64,000 bases of DNA from Raja brachyura. Lineage: Eukaryota. The stretch is taken from the NCBI GenBank assembly GCA_963514005.1, contig OY740804.1, forward strand, positions 5,704,001 to 5,768,000, given 5' to 3'. Below, in pieces: positions 23,917-37,922 of the stretch (positions are counted from its first letter, which is position 1; every line of letters begins with the position of its first letter). A program made the position numbers and the translations under genes. Under the pieces are notes generated by a model. That model did no database searches. It saw only the letters and a list, made by a program, of their open reading frames with translations, and had not been told where the DNA came from.

Positions 23917-25525
23917 GATAGACACAAAGTACTGGAGCAACTCAGCGGCACAGGCAGCAAAACTGGAGGGAAAGAACGGGTGACATTTCGGATAGATGCC
24001 ATGGGTATTTTTAGAGGTGGGCACTGGCTTAGAATGTACTTTAATCTAATATGTTCAACCAGTAATTTATTTCTTTACACTGAATTGCTCTGCAGTGCTG
24101 ACACTTTGCTCGCGCTGCTGAAACAAGGGTGTGTAGAGTCGTATCTCTGAACCGCATCTTGCGAGCAGCCCGTTGTAACACTGTTTGCTGGGCAGTGTTT
24201 GCAGAAGTCATGGGTCAATGTCGAATGAAGACAGAATTAAATTGTTCTGCTGCATCGTCGGTTCCCCTCTGCAATGTTTTTAGTTGGGCAAGTAAACAGG
24301 AAATAGCTACTAGCAAAAGATCATTTATTGTGGGTCGACAACGCTCAGCTAACATCAGTGGCGGACACATCAGTGCGTTACACCCATACCACGTGGTGCA
24401 AAACATTGCCATTGATGTACACAACCCAAATAAACTACACTGTTCCCCTGAAAGTGACACACCCAGAACGATATTATGTTATATTACACTGCACTAGTTG
24501 CCTACAGATTGAAATCGTTGCAAGCCGATGTACAAAGTCCGACAATGGGATGAACATGAACACAACCCTGATTATTTATTAGCTCTCTATTGCGAAGAAG
24601 ACAAGTTAACAATTCAATCCACCGTGCATATACCTACCTTGCTTTAACTTCACTCAGTGTATCACTTTGCCCTGGTTTGAGTTACATTACACATATTCCT
24701 TACATTCCACATCCCGCTTTCCCAGCTGATTTCCATCCTGTGGTAATTCTACACATACTTCGTCACAGTCCACTACACCTTAATAATTCATTTTCAAAAC
24801 GTGAATATCGTGACTAGAGTTTCAAAGTTTGAATTGAAGAGTTGAAGCAGAGAGGAGAGCGTCAAACTCCAATTAACCTCAGCTTAGTTCAGGTGAAAAG
24901 CCCCTACGTCCTAACGCCAGCTTCCTGTTTTGCCCCTTGTCAACAGCAATATGCCAAAACAAATGTTCCAATGATTATATTATTGATCTGCCGGTCCATT
25001 TACAAAATTATCAGGAGGGAATGAACCGAAAGTGTACACATCTTAGACTTTTCCACTCTTCTAAATGTCATATTTTATCCAAAGTATCTTTGTTTACATG
25101 AAGGGTCCCGACCCGAATCGTCACCTATCCATTTTCTCCAGAGGTGCTGCCTAGCCCGCAGAGTTGCTCCTGCATTTTTCTGTCTATCAATATTTCCACC
25201 ACTGTTCAGTGTTAACAGACTCTGAGTACAGCGATAACCGCCGCTCCATCCTTAGGGATGCATCACCTTTGACGAACTGGTTGGAGCAGCTGTAATAACA
25301 CCATGCATCGGCCACTTGGACAGGTCCATGGAAAGGGAAGGTTTGCGGAGATACGGGTCGAACATGGGCAAATTTAACTAATTTAGATGAGCATATTGGT
25401 CTATCGAGTTGCGGAGAAGGGCCTGTTTCCGTGCTGTATGATTATGTGATCATCTGACCCAACCATTTGCGAAATATAACCCTGAGCCTTTCACACTGTA
25501 ACGTGTCGAGCTGCTGCTGGCTCGC

Positions 25526-25585
25526 TGTGGTTCAGGATCTGACGTCCAGTTCCCTTCCTCCTCATTGCTATTTGAGAGATGCGGT
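25526..25585 (+). promoter_or_regulatory. Putative proximal promoter of gene B (copy of 5427-5486)
   Basis: Same RUNX/CRE/ETS/C-EBP/RUNX motif cluster upstream of the ATG at 25641. Confidence 0.45.
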
Positions 25586-25640
25586 TGTATCTGAGAGCTC
25601 AAAGCTGAGCGACAGGCAGACAAGTGCTGACCTTGTCACC

Positions 25641-25689
25641 ATGGATAAAACAACGTGGATTCGAATTCTTCTCATCTCTTCGCTATCCG
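25641..25689 (+). CDS. Gene B exon 1: signal peptide MDKTTWIRILLISSLS(G)
   Basis: accATGG Kozak context, phase-1 donor CG|GTGAGT. Paralog of 5538-5586. Confidence 0.85.
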
Positions 25690-26659
25690 GTGAGTGAAAG
25701 CCAGATCTAGATATTCCAATTATCAATGTTATTTGGGGTCCCGTGCACCCTTTCCACGGCAGAGATAGTTAAGTGTGTGTAGACATGTAATGGGGAAACT
25801 CAGTGCATTGTGGTGATGGATCTGAAATCACATTTGATTATCTAGTTTATGTTCGTAGTTCAAGCACTGTTGACACGTGGTCTATTTGCATCATGATGAT
25901 AGTTTAAATTGAGAATACAAACTGTCTCAGATGAGCAGCGGGACATTTGGCTCCCAATTCAGTACAGTTTATTGTCACGTGTCCGAGGTACAGTGATACG
26001 CTTTTTTGTTGCGTGCTAACCAGCCAGCAGAAAGACAATCCATGATCACATTCGATCCACATACAGTGCATAGATACATGAAAAGGAAAGTTAAAGCCAG
26101 CAAAGTCCGATCGAGAGTAGTCCGAGGGTCATCAAAAGGGTAGATAGGAGTTCAGCACTGCTCTCTGCTTGTTGTAGGATGTTTCAGATGCATGATAACT
26201 GCTGGGAATAATCTGGCGGTGTGCGTTTTCACGCCACTAACACTCTCCGGGAAGGGACCGCTTTATTGTAACCCGTCCGTCCTCTGTCCAGGGCGTTGTA
26301 AAGGCAATGGCGGCGGTGAATATCCAAACACGGGTTCTACCCAGATTGGGTTGAGAGATTAATGTTAGCAGCACAGCCGGCGGCACCGCCAATTAAATAG
26401 AGAAGTGGGGTAGTTCTGTGTGTTGAGAGGCCGGACACCACCTGGGATTATTGAAAGGCAGCTCCTGCAACACTGCCGCGCTCCATCAGTGCCGCACTGC
26501 GATCCCAGCGCAGTTTCTGCTCAGGGATCTGGAGTGCGAAGTGAACCCAAGTTGTACTGACCCGGGGACAGAACACTGACACAACTGGTACAATAGCAGC
26601 ATTGCCTGCACTTCAGACCGGACACATTGGCCGAGAAGCAATATGACATTTCCAATGAT

Positions 26660-28148
26660 CTATAGACTCAGGATCAGTTCCTCTGGATTGGACGGTAGCT
26701 AATGTTATCCCACTTTTTAAGAAAGGCGGGAGAGAGAAAACAGGGAATTATAGACCAGTTAGCCTGTCGTCGGTGGTGGGAAAGATGCTGGAGTCAATTA
26801 TAAAAGATGAGATAGCCGAACATTTGGATAGCAGTAACAGGATCGGTCCGAGTCAGGAATTACGAAGGGGAACTCATGCTTGACTAATCTTTTGGCATTT
26901 TTTGAAGATATAACTAGGAAAATGGACAAGGGTGAGCCAGTGGATGTAGTGTACCTGGACTTTCTGAAAGCATTTGATAAGTTCCCACATAGGAGATTAG
27001 TGGGCAAAATTAGGGCACATGGTATTGGGGGTAGTGTGCTGACATGGATAGAGAAGTGGTTGGCAGACAGGAAGCAAAGAGTGGGGATGAACGGGTCTCT
27101 TTCAGAATGGCAGGCAGTGACTAGTGGGGTACCGCAAGGCTCGGTGCTGGGACCGCAGCTATTTACAATATACATCAATGATTTGGAAGAAGGGATTCAA
27201 AGTAACATTAGCAAATTTGCAGATGACACAAAGCTGGGTGGCAGTGAGAACTGTAAGGAGGATGCTATGAGAATGCAGGGTGACTTGGACAGGTTGGGGG
27301 AGTGGACAGATGCATGGTAGATGACGTTTAATGCGGATAAATGTGAGGTTTTCCACTTTGGTAGCAAAAACAGGAAAGCAGATTACTATCTAAATGGCGT
27401 CAAGTTGGGAAAAGGGGAAGTACAACGGGATCTGGGGGTCCTTCTACATCAGTCTATGAAAGTAAGCATGCAGGTACAGCAGGCAGTGAAGCAAGCGAAT
27501 GTCATGTTGGCTTTTATAACAAAAGGAATCGGAAATATGAGCAAAGAGGCCTTCATCTGTTTTACAGAGGTCTAGTGAGACCACACCTGGAGTATTGTGT
27601 GCAGTTTTGGTCGCCTAATTTGAGGAAGGACATTCTTGCTGTTGAGGGAGTGCAGCGTAGGTTTACAAGGTAATTCCCGGGATGGCGGGACTGTCATATG
27701 CTGAGAGAATGGGCTTGTACACTCTGGAATTTAGAAGGATGAGAGGGAATATCCTTGAAACATATAAGATTGTTAAGGGTTTGGACACGCTAGAAGCAGG
27801 AAACATGTTCCCGATGTTGGGGGAGTCCAAAACCAGGGGCCACAGTTTAATAATAAGGGGTAAGCCATTTAAAACGGAGACGAGGAAACACCTTTTCCCA
27901 CAGAGTGGTGAGTCTGTGGAATTCTCTGCCTCAGAGGGCAGTGGAGGCAGGTTCTCTGGATGCTTTCAAGAGAGAGAGATATAGGCCTCTTAAAAATAGC
28001 GGAGTCAGGGGATATGGGGAGAAGGCAGGAACAGGGTACTGATTGGGTGTGACCAGCCATGATCATATTGAATGGCGGTGCTGGTTCGAAGGGCCGCATG
28101 GCCTACTCCTGCGCCTAGTGTTTATTGTCTATTGTCTATTGTCTATTG
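26660..28148 (+). mobile_element. CR1 LINE, 5'-truncated (RT C-terminal half plus 3' UTR)
   Basis: [36 protein letters not shown] and a (TCTATTG)n tail. Absent from the gene A paralogous intron (~6550). Confidence 0.92.
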
Positions 28149-28256
28149 ACATACCATGGAACGCTTATTTTTCTTTCATGTAATCATCAGAATGTATCTT
28201 CTTCAATTTAACAGTTAATTTGCTCTTCATCTGAAAGTTTCTCCCTTCCATTTCAG

Positions 28257-28571
28257 GTACAGTGTGGGCAGAGTGGCATGCAACAGGAGTTGTTGGAAGA
28301 GCGACTACAATCGATTGTCACTATGCAGAAAAGTACCGCTCAAACACAAAATACTGGTGCCGTGGGTGGACTACCTTCTGTACAGTTTTAGTGAAAACAA
28401 ATGGGCTACGCGGACGGAGAGGACGCGTGTCAATCACCGATAAGCCGGCACGAGGAATATTTACTGTAACTGTGGAGGATCTTCACTCTGGAGATACCGG
28501 ATGGTACAGCTGTGGAATTACAAAATTTGGCGAGGATGCAATATTTCCCGGATATCTTCAAGTATCTGACG
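28257..28571 (+). CDS. Gene B V-set Ig exon (V2)
   Basis: ccatttcAG|...|GTACGT, 315 nt, phase 1-1. IDCHY, KYWCRGWTTFC, DTGWYSCG. Confidence 0.92.
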
Positions 28572-29139
28572 GTACGTTTCGCAGCGATTGACTTGATGTC
28601 TCCACTAAAATGCCTAATCCATGTTTTCTCCGGGAAGGGTCAGGGCAGCACCGATCCCGAGGCTGCGCAGCAGTGCAGAGACCTGCGGGGAGTGGGCGGG
28701 GGTCGGGAAACCCCACTCACGTTGCCCACACTCAGTGCGGGCTCTGTCCCACTGAGCGGCCACCCACTTCAACTGGGATGCTCAGCACATTATCTGCCTC
28801 TGAACTGTATCAAATATCACCCTGTCAGAGGTTTGCATTCCCACTCAAACTAATAATCCGACCGATCAGTGAGAAACAAGTGTTGCTCGCGGTGTGAATA
28901 CCCGGAGAATCATAAACAGGGAATCAGACCCCGGAGCTCAACAGACTGCGTTCAGTCCTCCCGGGGCAGATCAGCCCGCTTCCCGCCCACACCTCAGGGA
29001 TCAGTCACCCCCTCCCCACCCCGCGCTCTCTCTCTCGCTCTTCCCCGTCAATGCGCCCCCACCCCCAACAGCCACTGTCCACCCACCGCCAGGAAGCCCC
29101 TCCACCCGGACATTTCCCCGGTGTTAAGCAGAATGAACT

Positions 29140-29595
29140 CATCTATCAGCCCAACAGCCCATCAGCCCATCAGCCCAACTCCCTGGTCAACGTCCCTCGT
29201 CCTTTCCCACCCGTCCCCAGGTACCTTCCCCTACAACTGCAGGAGATACAACACATTCCCCCCTATAGCTCCCCTCTCTACTCCATCCAAAGACCCCAAC
29301 ATCGTTTTCGGGTGAGGCAGAGGTTCACTTTCATCTCCTCCCACCTCATCTATTATATCCGCTGATCCAGGTGTGAACTCCTAAATATCGGTGAAACCGA
29401 GCGCAGACTCGGCAATCGCTTCGCTGAACAAACTCCGCTCAGTGTGCCTCGGCCCACGCTACTTCCCGATTGTCCTGGACGTGCTCCACTGTCAGAGTGA
29501 GGCCAAACGGCAATTTGGAGGAAGAGCACCTCATATTTCGCTTTGGCAGCTTGCAACCCAGCGGTTTGAATATTGACTTCTCTAACTTTATCCTT
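29140..29595 (+). mobile_element. Penelope-like GIY-YIG endonuclease fragment
   Basis: PGTFPYNCRRYNT...VRQRFTFISSHLIYYIR*SRCELLNIGETERRLGNRFAE. Confidence 0.7.
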
Positions 29596-32500
29596 ATCCT
29601 TGTAATAGATTTATAAATGCAGACCACGTCTTATAGAAACAGTCTGATTTTCCTGCTAGTCGGAGTCTCATATCTTCCAAGTGTAGTGTTTCGAACATTG
29701 TTGAAATCCATATATTAACTGTTGGTATTGGAGAATTTTTCCAGAATTTTAAGATGATCTTTTTTTCAGTTATTAAGCCATATTCAAATAGAATCTTTTG
29801 AAACACATTTAATTCAGGGCTATCTTCCGATATCCCGAAGATAATCCAGTCTGCTTTTGGAGTCAGTTTTATTTTAAATAGTTTTGTGAAAAATTCAAAA
29901 ATTTCAGTCCATAATGTTTGAATTTTTGTACAAAAGACAAATGAGCGCGCTATATTAGCTTCTTGACATTGACATTTATCACATATAGGTGAGACATTGG
30001 GAAAAATTTACTTATTTTAGTTTTTGAATAGTATAATCTGTGTAAGATTTTAAATTGTATTAAGGTGTGTCTTACATTAATTAAACATTTATGCACATTT
30101 AATAAATATTCTTCCCACCGTTCTTTGGGAATTTTTATACTTAATTATTTCTCCCAGTCTCTCCTGACAACTTCTGTTGTTGGTATTTCTGCATTTAGAA
30201 TAATATTATATATATGTGTGATATTAGGTTTGCTGATTCTGCCTTTGTATTCATTACTTCTTCCAGTAAGTCTGGAGGCATGTTGTGATAGTCTTGTGCG
30301 TATTTTTTCAGATAGTCACAGATTTGGAAATATTTAAAATACTGATTGTTTCCCAATTCATACACATCTTCGAAGATTTTAATTCCAGCTCTTTAACATT
30401 GTATAAATGTGTTATCTATAGTTGAAGGTTTAAATGAGGGTTTTTTTACCGATAGGAGATAAGAGATACATTTCTTAATTTTAAATTGTGTTTTATTTTT
30501 TTCCAAATTCTAATTGTACTGTATATAATTGGATTGTTGTTGTAATATATATTATTCATCGATGTTGGAAAGAGAAGGATTGCTCCAATATTATAAGGAG
30601 AGCAATCCTCTTTCTCCATAATCGTCCAATCCGGTTGCTCGGGAGAGTTATCCAGCAATTGCATCATGTTTCTGATATTTACAGGCCAGTAGTAATACAT
30701 AAAGTTGGGGAGTGCTAATCCTGCTACTACTTTGGGTTTATTCAGATGAGCTCTTTTTATTCTGTGGGATTTATAATCCCAAATAAAATTTGTGATATCT
30801 GAGTCCAGTTTTTTTTAACTTTTTGGGTAAATATATTGGAATAGATTGGAACAGGTATTAAATTTGTGGTAGAAAAATCATTTTTATGGCATTTATTCAG
30901 CCTATTAAGGACAGCGGAAGCGTTTTCCAAAATTTAATCAAGTTATATAGTTTCTTAAGTAGAGGGTTATAATTTTCGTCAAACATATCTTGATATCTTC
31001 TAGTAATTTCGATGCCCAAGTATTTAAATTTTTCCATAGCTATTTTGAAATGAAACTGTAAAGGATGCGTAGTGTCTATCGGTTTTATTGACATGATTTC
31101 ACTTTTATTCCCATTTATTCTATATCCTGAGAATGATCCGAAGTCCTCTATTAATTTTAAAATATTTGGTATAGTAATATGAGGTTTTGTGATGTACAAT
31201 AGTACATCGTCAGCGTATAATGATATTTTATTGTTGGAATATTTTGTTTTATATCCATGGATATTCAGAGGAGTTCTAATTCTTTCCGCTAGGGATTCAA
31301 TTATGAGAGCAAAAAACAACGGTGACAATGAACATCCTTGTCTATTACCCCTTGACAATTGAAATTTCGTAGATAAATTATAGTTAGTTAATATTCTGCC
31401 CGTTGGCTTATTATATAGTAATTTAATCCATATAATAAAATTCTCTCCCTGTTGAAATTCGTGCAATATCCTGACCATATATTCCCATTCGACCTGATCG
31501 AATGTTTTCTCTGCATCCAACGATACGATTGATAGTTTTTGATCTTCCGTTTGGTGTGAATGCATTATATTGAACAGACGTCTCAAATTATTAAATTATT
31601 GTCTCTTAGGGATAAACCCCCTTTGATCCGGATGTATTAATTTACTGGCATATTTACAGTCTTCTAGCTAGTATTTTCGCTAATATTTTTTTATCTGTGT
31701 TTAGCAATGCATTAGCTCTGAATGATCCAGGTACTTCCACATCTTTATCTTTCTTAAGTATTAGTGTGATTGTGGATTCTGCTAGTGTTTCAGGTAGTAT
31801 TTGTTCTTTGAAGGCATAAGTATACATTTTCTGTAGGCAAGGAGTAAATATGTCATTAAAACTTTTATAGACTTCATTACTAAATCCGTCGGGACCTGGT
31901 GTTTTTCCATTTTTTAATGAGTTTAAAAAATGAGTTTATTTTTTTATTGTTTCTTCTATTTCCTTATTTGAGATGTGTGCTCCCAATTCCTCTTGTTCCT
32001 GCAACTCTAATTTAAGAAGATTACAATTATCCAAGAACTCTGTAACTTTGTTGGTGAACATTATCGTTTTAGATGTATACAGATTCTCGTAAAATTGGGC
32101 AAATCTTTTATTAGTATCACTCGGCAAGGTCAATATTTCCCCTTTGTCTGATTTAATCTTTAAAATTGTGTGATCCTTTTCTAGTTTTTTTTAACTGACG
32201 TGCCAGTGGTTTGTGGGGCTTATCCCCAAATTCAAAGTGTTCCTGTCTTGTAATTTGTAATAATCTTATGGCTTTCTTTGATAATAATTTATTTTATTTG
32301 AATTTCAGTATTATTATTCTATTATGTTTATCCGTAGTGGGGGTCTTTAGCGTTTTCTATGCCCAGTCGTCTAATTTGTTCTTCTAACTGTCTTTGTTCA
32401 TTCTTATTTTCCTTATTTTGAAAAGCTTGGTATGAAATTATCACGCCTCGAATAAATGCTTTAAAAGATTCCCATAATAGTGTAGGTTATATGTCTGGCA

Positions 32501-33880
32501 TGCCGTTTATTTCGAAAAAAAAGGTCCATTTACTCTTTTAAATATCTACTCCCTTGCGGGTCTTTTTAAATTTGAGGATTGTACCTCCAAAACGGTTTGT
32601 TCTTAGTCATTCCTTCCATGTTTGGAAAAAAACTTATTGGGGAGTGATCTGAGATCGTATTTGTGTGGTATTTTGGTTTAGAACTGTGGGGTATTAGTTT
32701 TGTATCCACCAGAAAATAATCTATTCGTGAATATGTCTTGTGTACCATAGAATAGAACGAGTAATCCCTGCCGTTCGGATTTGCAATCCTCCAGACATCT
32801 GTTATGTTTGTGTTTTTTATATATGTGTTTGAAGTTCGCTCGTTTTGGATTTCATAATACCTCTCTGTTTTTGATTGGATCTTTCTAAGTAAGTGTCTTA
32901 AACACAGTTAAAGTCTCCGCCGATTATAACATTTTGGTAGTTATATTCTGCAATTATATTCAAGATTTTATTGAAAAAGTGCGGGTTGTCAAAGTTGGGC
33001 ACATATAGGTTTACCAAGGTCATTGGGGCAGCTATTTCTGCCTATTTCTGGCTCCTGGAACTGAGCCAGGTGCCCGCCTCTGCCCCTCATACCCCAGTCA
33101 TAAATCTACTTGAGAATTATTAGGTTAATTAAAATGTTAATTTGAAAATCCCCATTTCTGTATTTCTGATTAGCATGCATTACTAATTCTATGTTAATAT
33201 TCTATGTTAATATTCTTAAGGATGCTAATTCTATGTCATTTAGGTTACTCATTAGATCTCATATACAACAGTAATAGCTAAGCACACAGTCTGTTGATGA
33301 GCTCTTCTTTTCGGTGGTTATCTTTTTCCAGCGTCTCTTGGAACAGAGTATGTCCTTGAGTTAGCATTTCGCCGTCTAAACAAAGTTCCTTCTGTGGGCA
33401 GTATGCCACCATTCTGGGTGCAATAGTAAAGAGTGTCCAAAATGTCCAACCTTTCCAGCTAGTCCTTCTGTTCCACGATGGTTAGAGCATATTTGTATGC
33501 CTCCTCAGGATTTGTGAACGATTTTTGCTGTTCCTTGTAGGAAATGCATATTCTAGCTGGAGAGTAAACACCATATCTGACCTCCTTGTATCCTTGGAGA
33601 GCCTGCTTTGCCTTAGAGAACTGATTTCACTTTTGCATAATTTCATAAGGATAGTCCCTGAAGATTTTAAAAGTAATTACACCATACATCAGAGGCACAC
33701 CATATTTGATATTCTTCATAACCTCTTCCACGTCAGCAATGTCCCGGAATTTCACAGTAATCTGTCGAGTACGTTCTGAGCTATCCTGAGATTTGTGTTT
33801 GAATCTAGGAACTCGGTGTGCTACTTCAATTTTTGGTAGGTTAGGCAGCTTAAGAGCTTATTTAATTATCCCTGCAGTGA
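29596..33880 (-). mobile_element. Near full-length decayed L1-clade LINE (ORF1 remnant ~33330-33880; ORF2 EN-RT-C-terminus ~29596-33030)
   Basis: EN motifs YSRIDYF and ISDHSP; RT motifs SLDAEKTFDQVEW, RQGCSLSPL and LYADDVL; C-terminal KIILKFWK. Many frameshifts and stops. Confidence 0.88.
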
Positions 33881-33894
33881 ACTCGCAAATGTTA

Positions 33895-35140
33895 ATTTAC
33901 TGGCAGATGCAGTTTAATCTGGATAAATGTAAGGTTATCCACTTTGGTGACAAAAACAGGAAGGCAGATTATTATCTGAATCGTGTCAGGTTGGGAAAAG
34001 AGGAAGTACAAAGTGATCTGAGGGTTCATGTTTATCACTCACTGAAAGTAAGCATGCAGGTAGAGCAGGCAGTGGAGAAAGCTAGTGGCATGTTGGCCTG
34101 CATAACAAGAGGAGTTGTGTATAGGATAAAAAAGGTCCTTCTGCAGTTGTACAGGGGCCTAGTGAGACCACACCTGGGGTATTGTATGCCGTTTTGAACT
34201 ACAAATTTGCGAATTCTGGATGATCACCGATGATCACGTTGAATGGCGGTGCTGGCTTGAAGGGCCGAATGGCATACTGCTGCACCGATTGTCTATTAAT
34301 GAATTGTCTACCTAAAGCTTATATACTTTTTACATGTATTTTATGCTGTTTTTATATGCAATGCGTTTCATGTAATGCCGTCCCTTGTCTGGACCTTGTC
34401 CGATATAAAGGTTAATAATAATAACAATAATATTTGTACATCTCAGTGTCTCTCCATCATGCCCGCTTTGCCAGAACGACCATGTCTACCACTATACCAG
34501 TGCACAGCTGAACCATCTCTCTCTGACAGAAAGCTCATTCTCCTCACAATTTACCAGATTCACAGGGCCCTTCAGTTGTACAGGGCCCTAGTGAGGCCAC
34601 ACCTGGAGTATTGTGTGCAGTTTTGAACTCCACATTTGAGGAAGGACATTTTTGCTATTGAGGGAGTGCAGCGTAGGTTCACAAGGTTAAATCTCAGGAT
34701 GGCGGGACTGTCATATGCTGAGAAAATGGAGCGGCTGGGCTTGTATATCCTGGAATTTAGAAGGATGAGAGGAGATCTTATTGAAACATATAAGATTATT
34801 AAGGGATTGGACACGCCAGAAGCAGGAAACGTGTTCCCGGCATTAGGGGGGAGTCCAGAACCAGGGGCCACAGTTTCAGAATAAGGGGTAGGTCTTTAAT
34901 AAGGGTGATGAGCAAAAACATTTTCACCCAGAGAGTTGTGAATGTGTGGAATTCTCTGCATCAGAGGTCAGTGGAGGCCGATTCACTGGATGCATTCAAA
35001 GGAGAGTTCGCTCTTTGGGCTTGCGGAATCATGAGATATGAAGAAAGGCAGGAACAGGGTACTGATTGTGGATGATCACTCATGATGCCATTGAATGGCA
35101 GTGCTGGCTCATAGGGCTGAATGGCCTACTCCTGCACCTA
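33895..35140 (+). mobile_element. Two CR1 3' fragments (~33895-34300 and ~34570-35140)
   Basis: [47 protein letters not shown]. Confidence 0.85.
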
Positions 35141-35620
35141 TTGCCTATCTATCTATGTATGTATGTATGTATGTATGTACCTACAGTTCCTTGTGTCTCC
35201 ACCTCTAATATTGAACAGCAAGGCCAATCAAACATTAAGCAAGAGAACATTATACCCGTTAGAGAAACTGGGCGCAGTGGTTTCCTGATGATTGTTTACG
35301 GGTGCTACTTTTGTATTTGAAGTAAACGATGTAGTTTTAACGACACACGTATAGATTCAGGTTATGTTGAGAAAATGAAATAAAAGACAATTAAAGATAG
35401 ACAAAAAATGCTGGGGTAACTCCGCGGGACAGGTATCATCTCTGGAAAGAAGGAATGGGTGAAGCACTGCCTGCACTTCACACCGGAGACATTGGCCGTG
35501 AAGCAATATGGCACATCATGGGACGATTTAAGTTTTCTTTATATAATTTTCTAAATGTATCTGCTTTAATGAAACAGTTCACTTTCTTCCAGTTCTGAAA
35601 GTTTCCCCCTTCAGTTTCAG

Positions 35621-35935
35621 ATGCAGTGTGGGGAGCGACGGAGGTAAGAGGAGTTGTGGGAAGAGCGATCACAATCGATTGTCACCATGCAGCGGAGTAC
35701 CGCTCACACGCTAAACACTGGTGCCGTGGGCGGACACGCCAATGTACAGATATGGTAAAAACTAATGGGCAACACGGACGGAGTGGAAGAGTGTCAATCA
35801 CAGATAACCCGGCACGAGGAATATTTACTGTGACTGTGGAGGATCTTCACTCGGGTGATACAGGATGGTACAGATGTGGAATTACTACACCTGGCGACCA
35901 TCCAATATTTAACGTTCATCTCCAAGTATCTGACG
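35621..35935 (+). CDS. Gene B V-set Ig exon (V3)
   Basis: cagtttcAG|...|GTACGT, 315 nt, phase 1-1. IDCHH, KHWCRGRTRQC, DTGWYRCG. No leader exon seen upstream. Confidence 0.9.
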
Positions 35936-37610
35936 GTACGTTTCGCAGCGATTGACTTCACGTCTCCACTGAAATGCCTAATCCCTCTTTTCTCCGGGAA
36001 GGGTCAGGGCAGCACCGATATCCCGAGGCTCCGCAGCAGTGCAGAGACCTGCGGGGAGCGGGCGGGGTCGGGAAACCCCATTCGTGTTGCTCTCACCCAG
36101 TGCGGGCTCTGTCCCACTGAGCGGCTACCCATTTCAACTAGGACGCTAAGCACATTTCCCTGCCTCTGAACTGCATGAAACATCACCCTGTCAGAGATTT
36201 GCAATCCGACTAAAACTAATAGTCCGACAGATCTGTGAGAAACAAGTGTTGTTCGCGTTCTGAATACCCCGAGAATTAAAAAAAAAGAGGAATCGGTCCC
36301 CAGAGCTCAACAGACTGCGTTCAGTCCTCCAGGGACAGGTCAGCCCGCTTCCCGCCCCCACCTCAGGGATCGGTCACTCCCTTCCCACCCCGCGCGCTCC
36401 CTTTCTTTCACTTTTCCCCGTCAATGCGCCTCCAGCCCCCGCAGCCACTGTTCACCCACCGTTCTCTCCGCGAGTCCCTGGTCAACACGTCCTCCCCCCG
36501 AAGGACAGAGGTTCCAACATCCCCAGGAAGTTAATTCTAAACTTCTAAAATGTGTTTACAACTGAGGAGGAGGTCGGGATTGTGGACTCATTATGTCAGT
36601 TCAAATAGTCCCTGCATTTGTACAACTCAACTCTGTCGCAAACTCAACAATTCCCCGGAGTCTGAGACTGAACCACTGTCCTCGCTCTGTCCACCCACCC
36701 CCAACTCTCTCTCCATCCGCTCTCCGGTCCGCGGCCCAGTCGTGCTGAATTGTCCAGGGCGAGCCGGGGTCATTGGGAATAAAACCTGTCCCCGATGAGC
36801 AGCGGGACATTTGGCTCCCAATTCAGTTGAGTTTATTGTCACGTGTACCGACGTACAGTGAAAATATTTTTTCTTGCGTGCTAACCAGCCAGCAGAAAGA
36901 CAGTACATGATTACAATCGATCCTCTGACAGTGCATAGATACATGAAAAGGAAATAACGTTTAGTGTAAGATAAAGCCAGCAAAGTCCGATGAAGGGCAG
37001 TCCGAGGGTCATCAAAGATGCAGATAGGAGTTCAGCACTACTCTCTGGGTGTGGTAGGATGATTCAGATGCCTGATAACAGCTGGGAAGAAACTGTCCCA
37101 GAGTCTGGCGGTGTGCGTTTTCACGGAACGCTCTCCGGTAACGGACCCGCTTTATTGCAACCCGTCCGTCCTCTGTCCTCAGTCAGAGCGTTGTAAAGGC
37201 AGTGAATGTCTCAACACGCGACGGCCCAGGGTCGGTTGAGAGATTAATGTTGGGAGCGCAGCCGGCGGCACCGTCAATGAAATAACAAAGTGGGGTATTT
37301 CTGTAGGGTGAGAGGCCGGGAACCGCCTGGGATTGTTGAAAGGCAGCTCCTGCAACACTGCCGCGCTCCCTCAGTACCGCACTGCGATCCCAGCCCAGTT
37401 TCTGCTCAGGGATCTGGAGTGGGAAGTGAACCCTAATTGTACTGACCCGGGGACATAACATTGACACAACAGCACTGCCTGCACTTCCGAGAAGCGAGAT
37501 GACACATCATGGAACGATTGTGATTTATTTCAGGTAATCTTCAAAATGTATCTATTTCCATTAAACAGTTCATTTGCTCTCTATCTGAAAGTTTTTCCCC
37601 TCCATTTCAG

Positions 37611-37922
37611 CTGCAGTGTGGGGAGAGAGGGAGGTAAGAGGAGTTGTGGGAAGAGCGATCACAATCGATTGTCACTATGCAGCAGAGTACCGCTCACACA
37701 CAAAATACTGGTGCCGTGGGAGAAGTCGCCAATGTACAGATATGGTGGAAACAAATGGGCAACACGGACGGAGTGGAAGAGTGTCAATCACACATAACCC
37801 GGCACGAGGAATATTTACTGTGACTCTGGAGGATCTTCACTCTGGAGATACAGGATGGTACAGCTGTGGAATTAGATCTGGCAGACATCCAATGTTTAAC
37901 GTACATCTCCAAGTATATGACG
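37611..37922 (+). CDS. Gene B V-set Ig exon (V4)
   Basis: ccatttcAG|...|GTAGGT, 312 nt, phase 1-1. KYWCRGRSRQC, DTGWYSCG. Confidence 0.9.
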
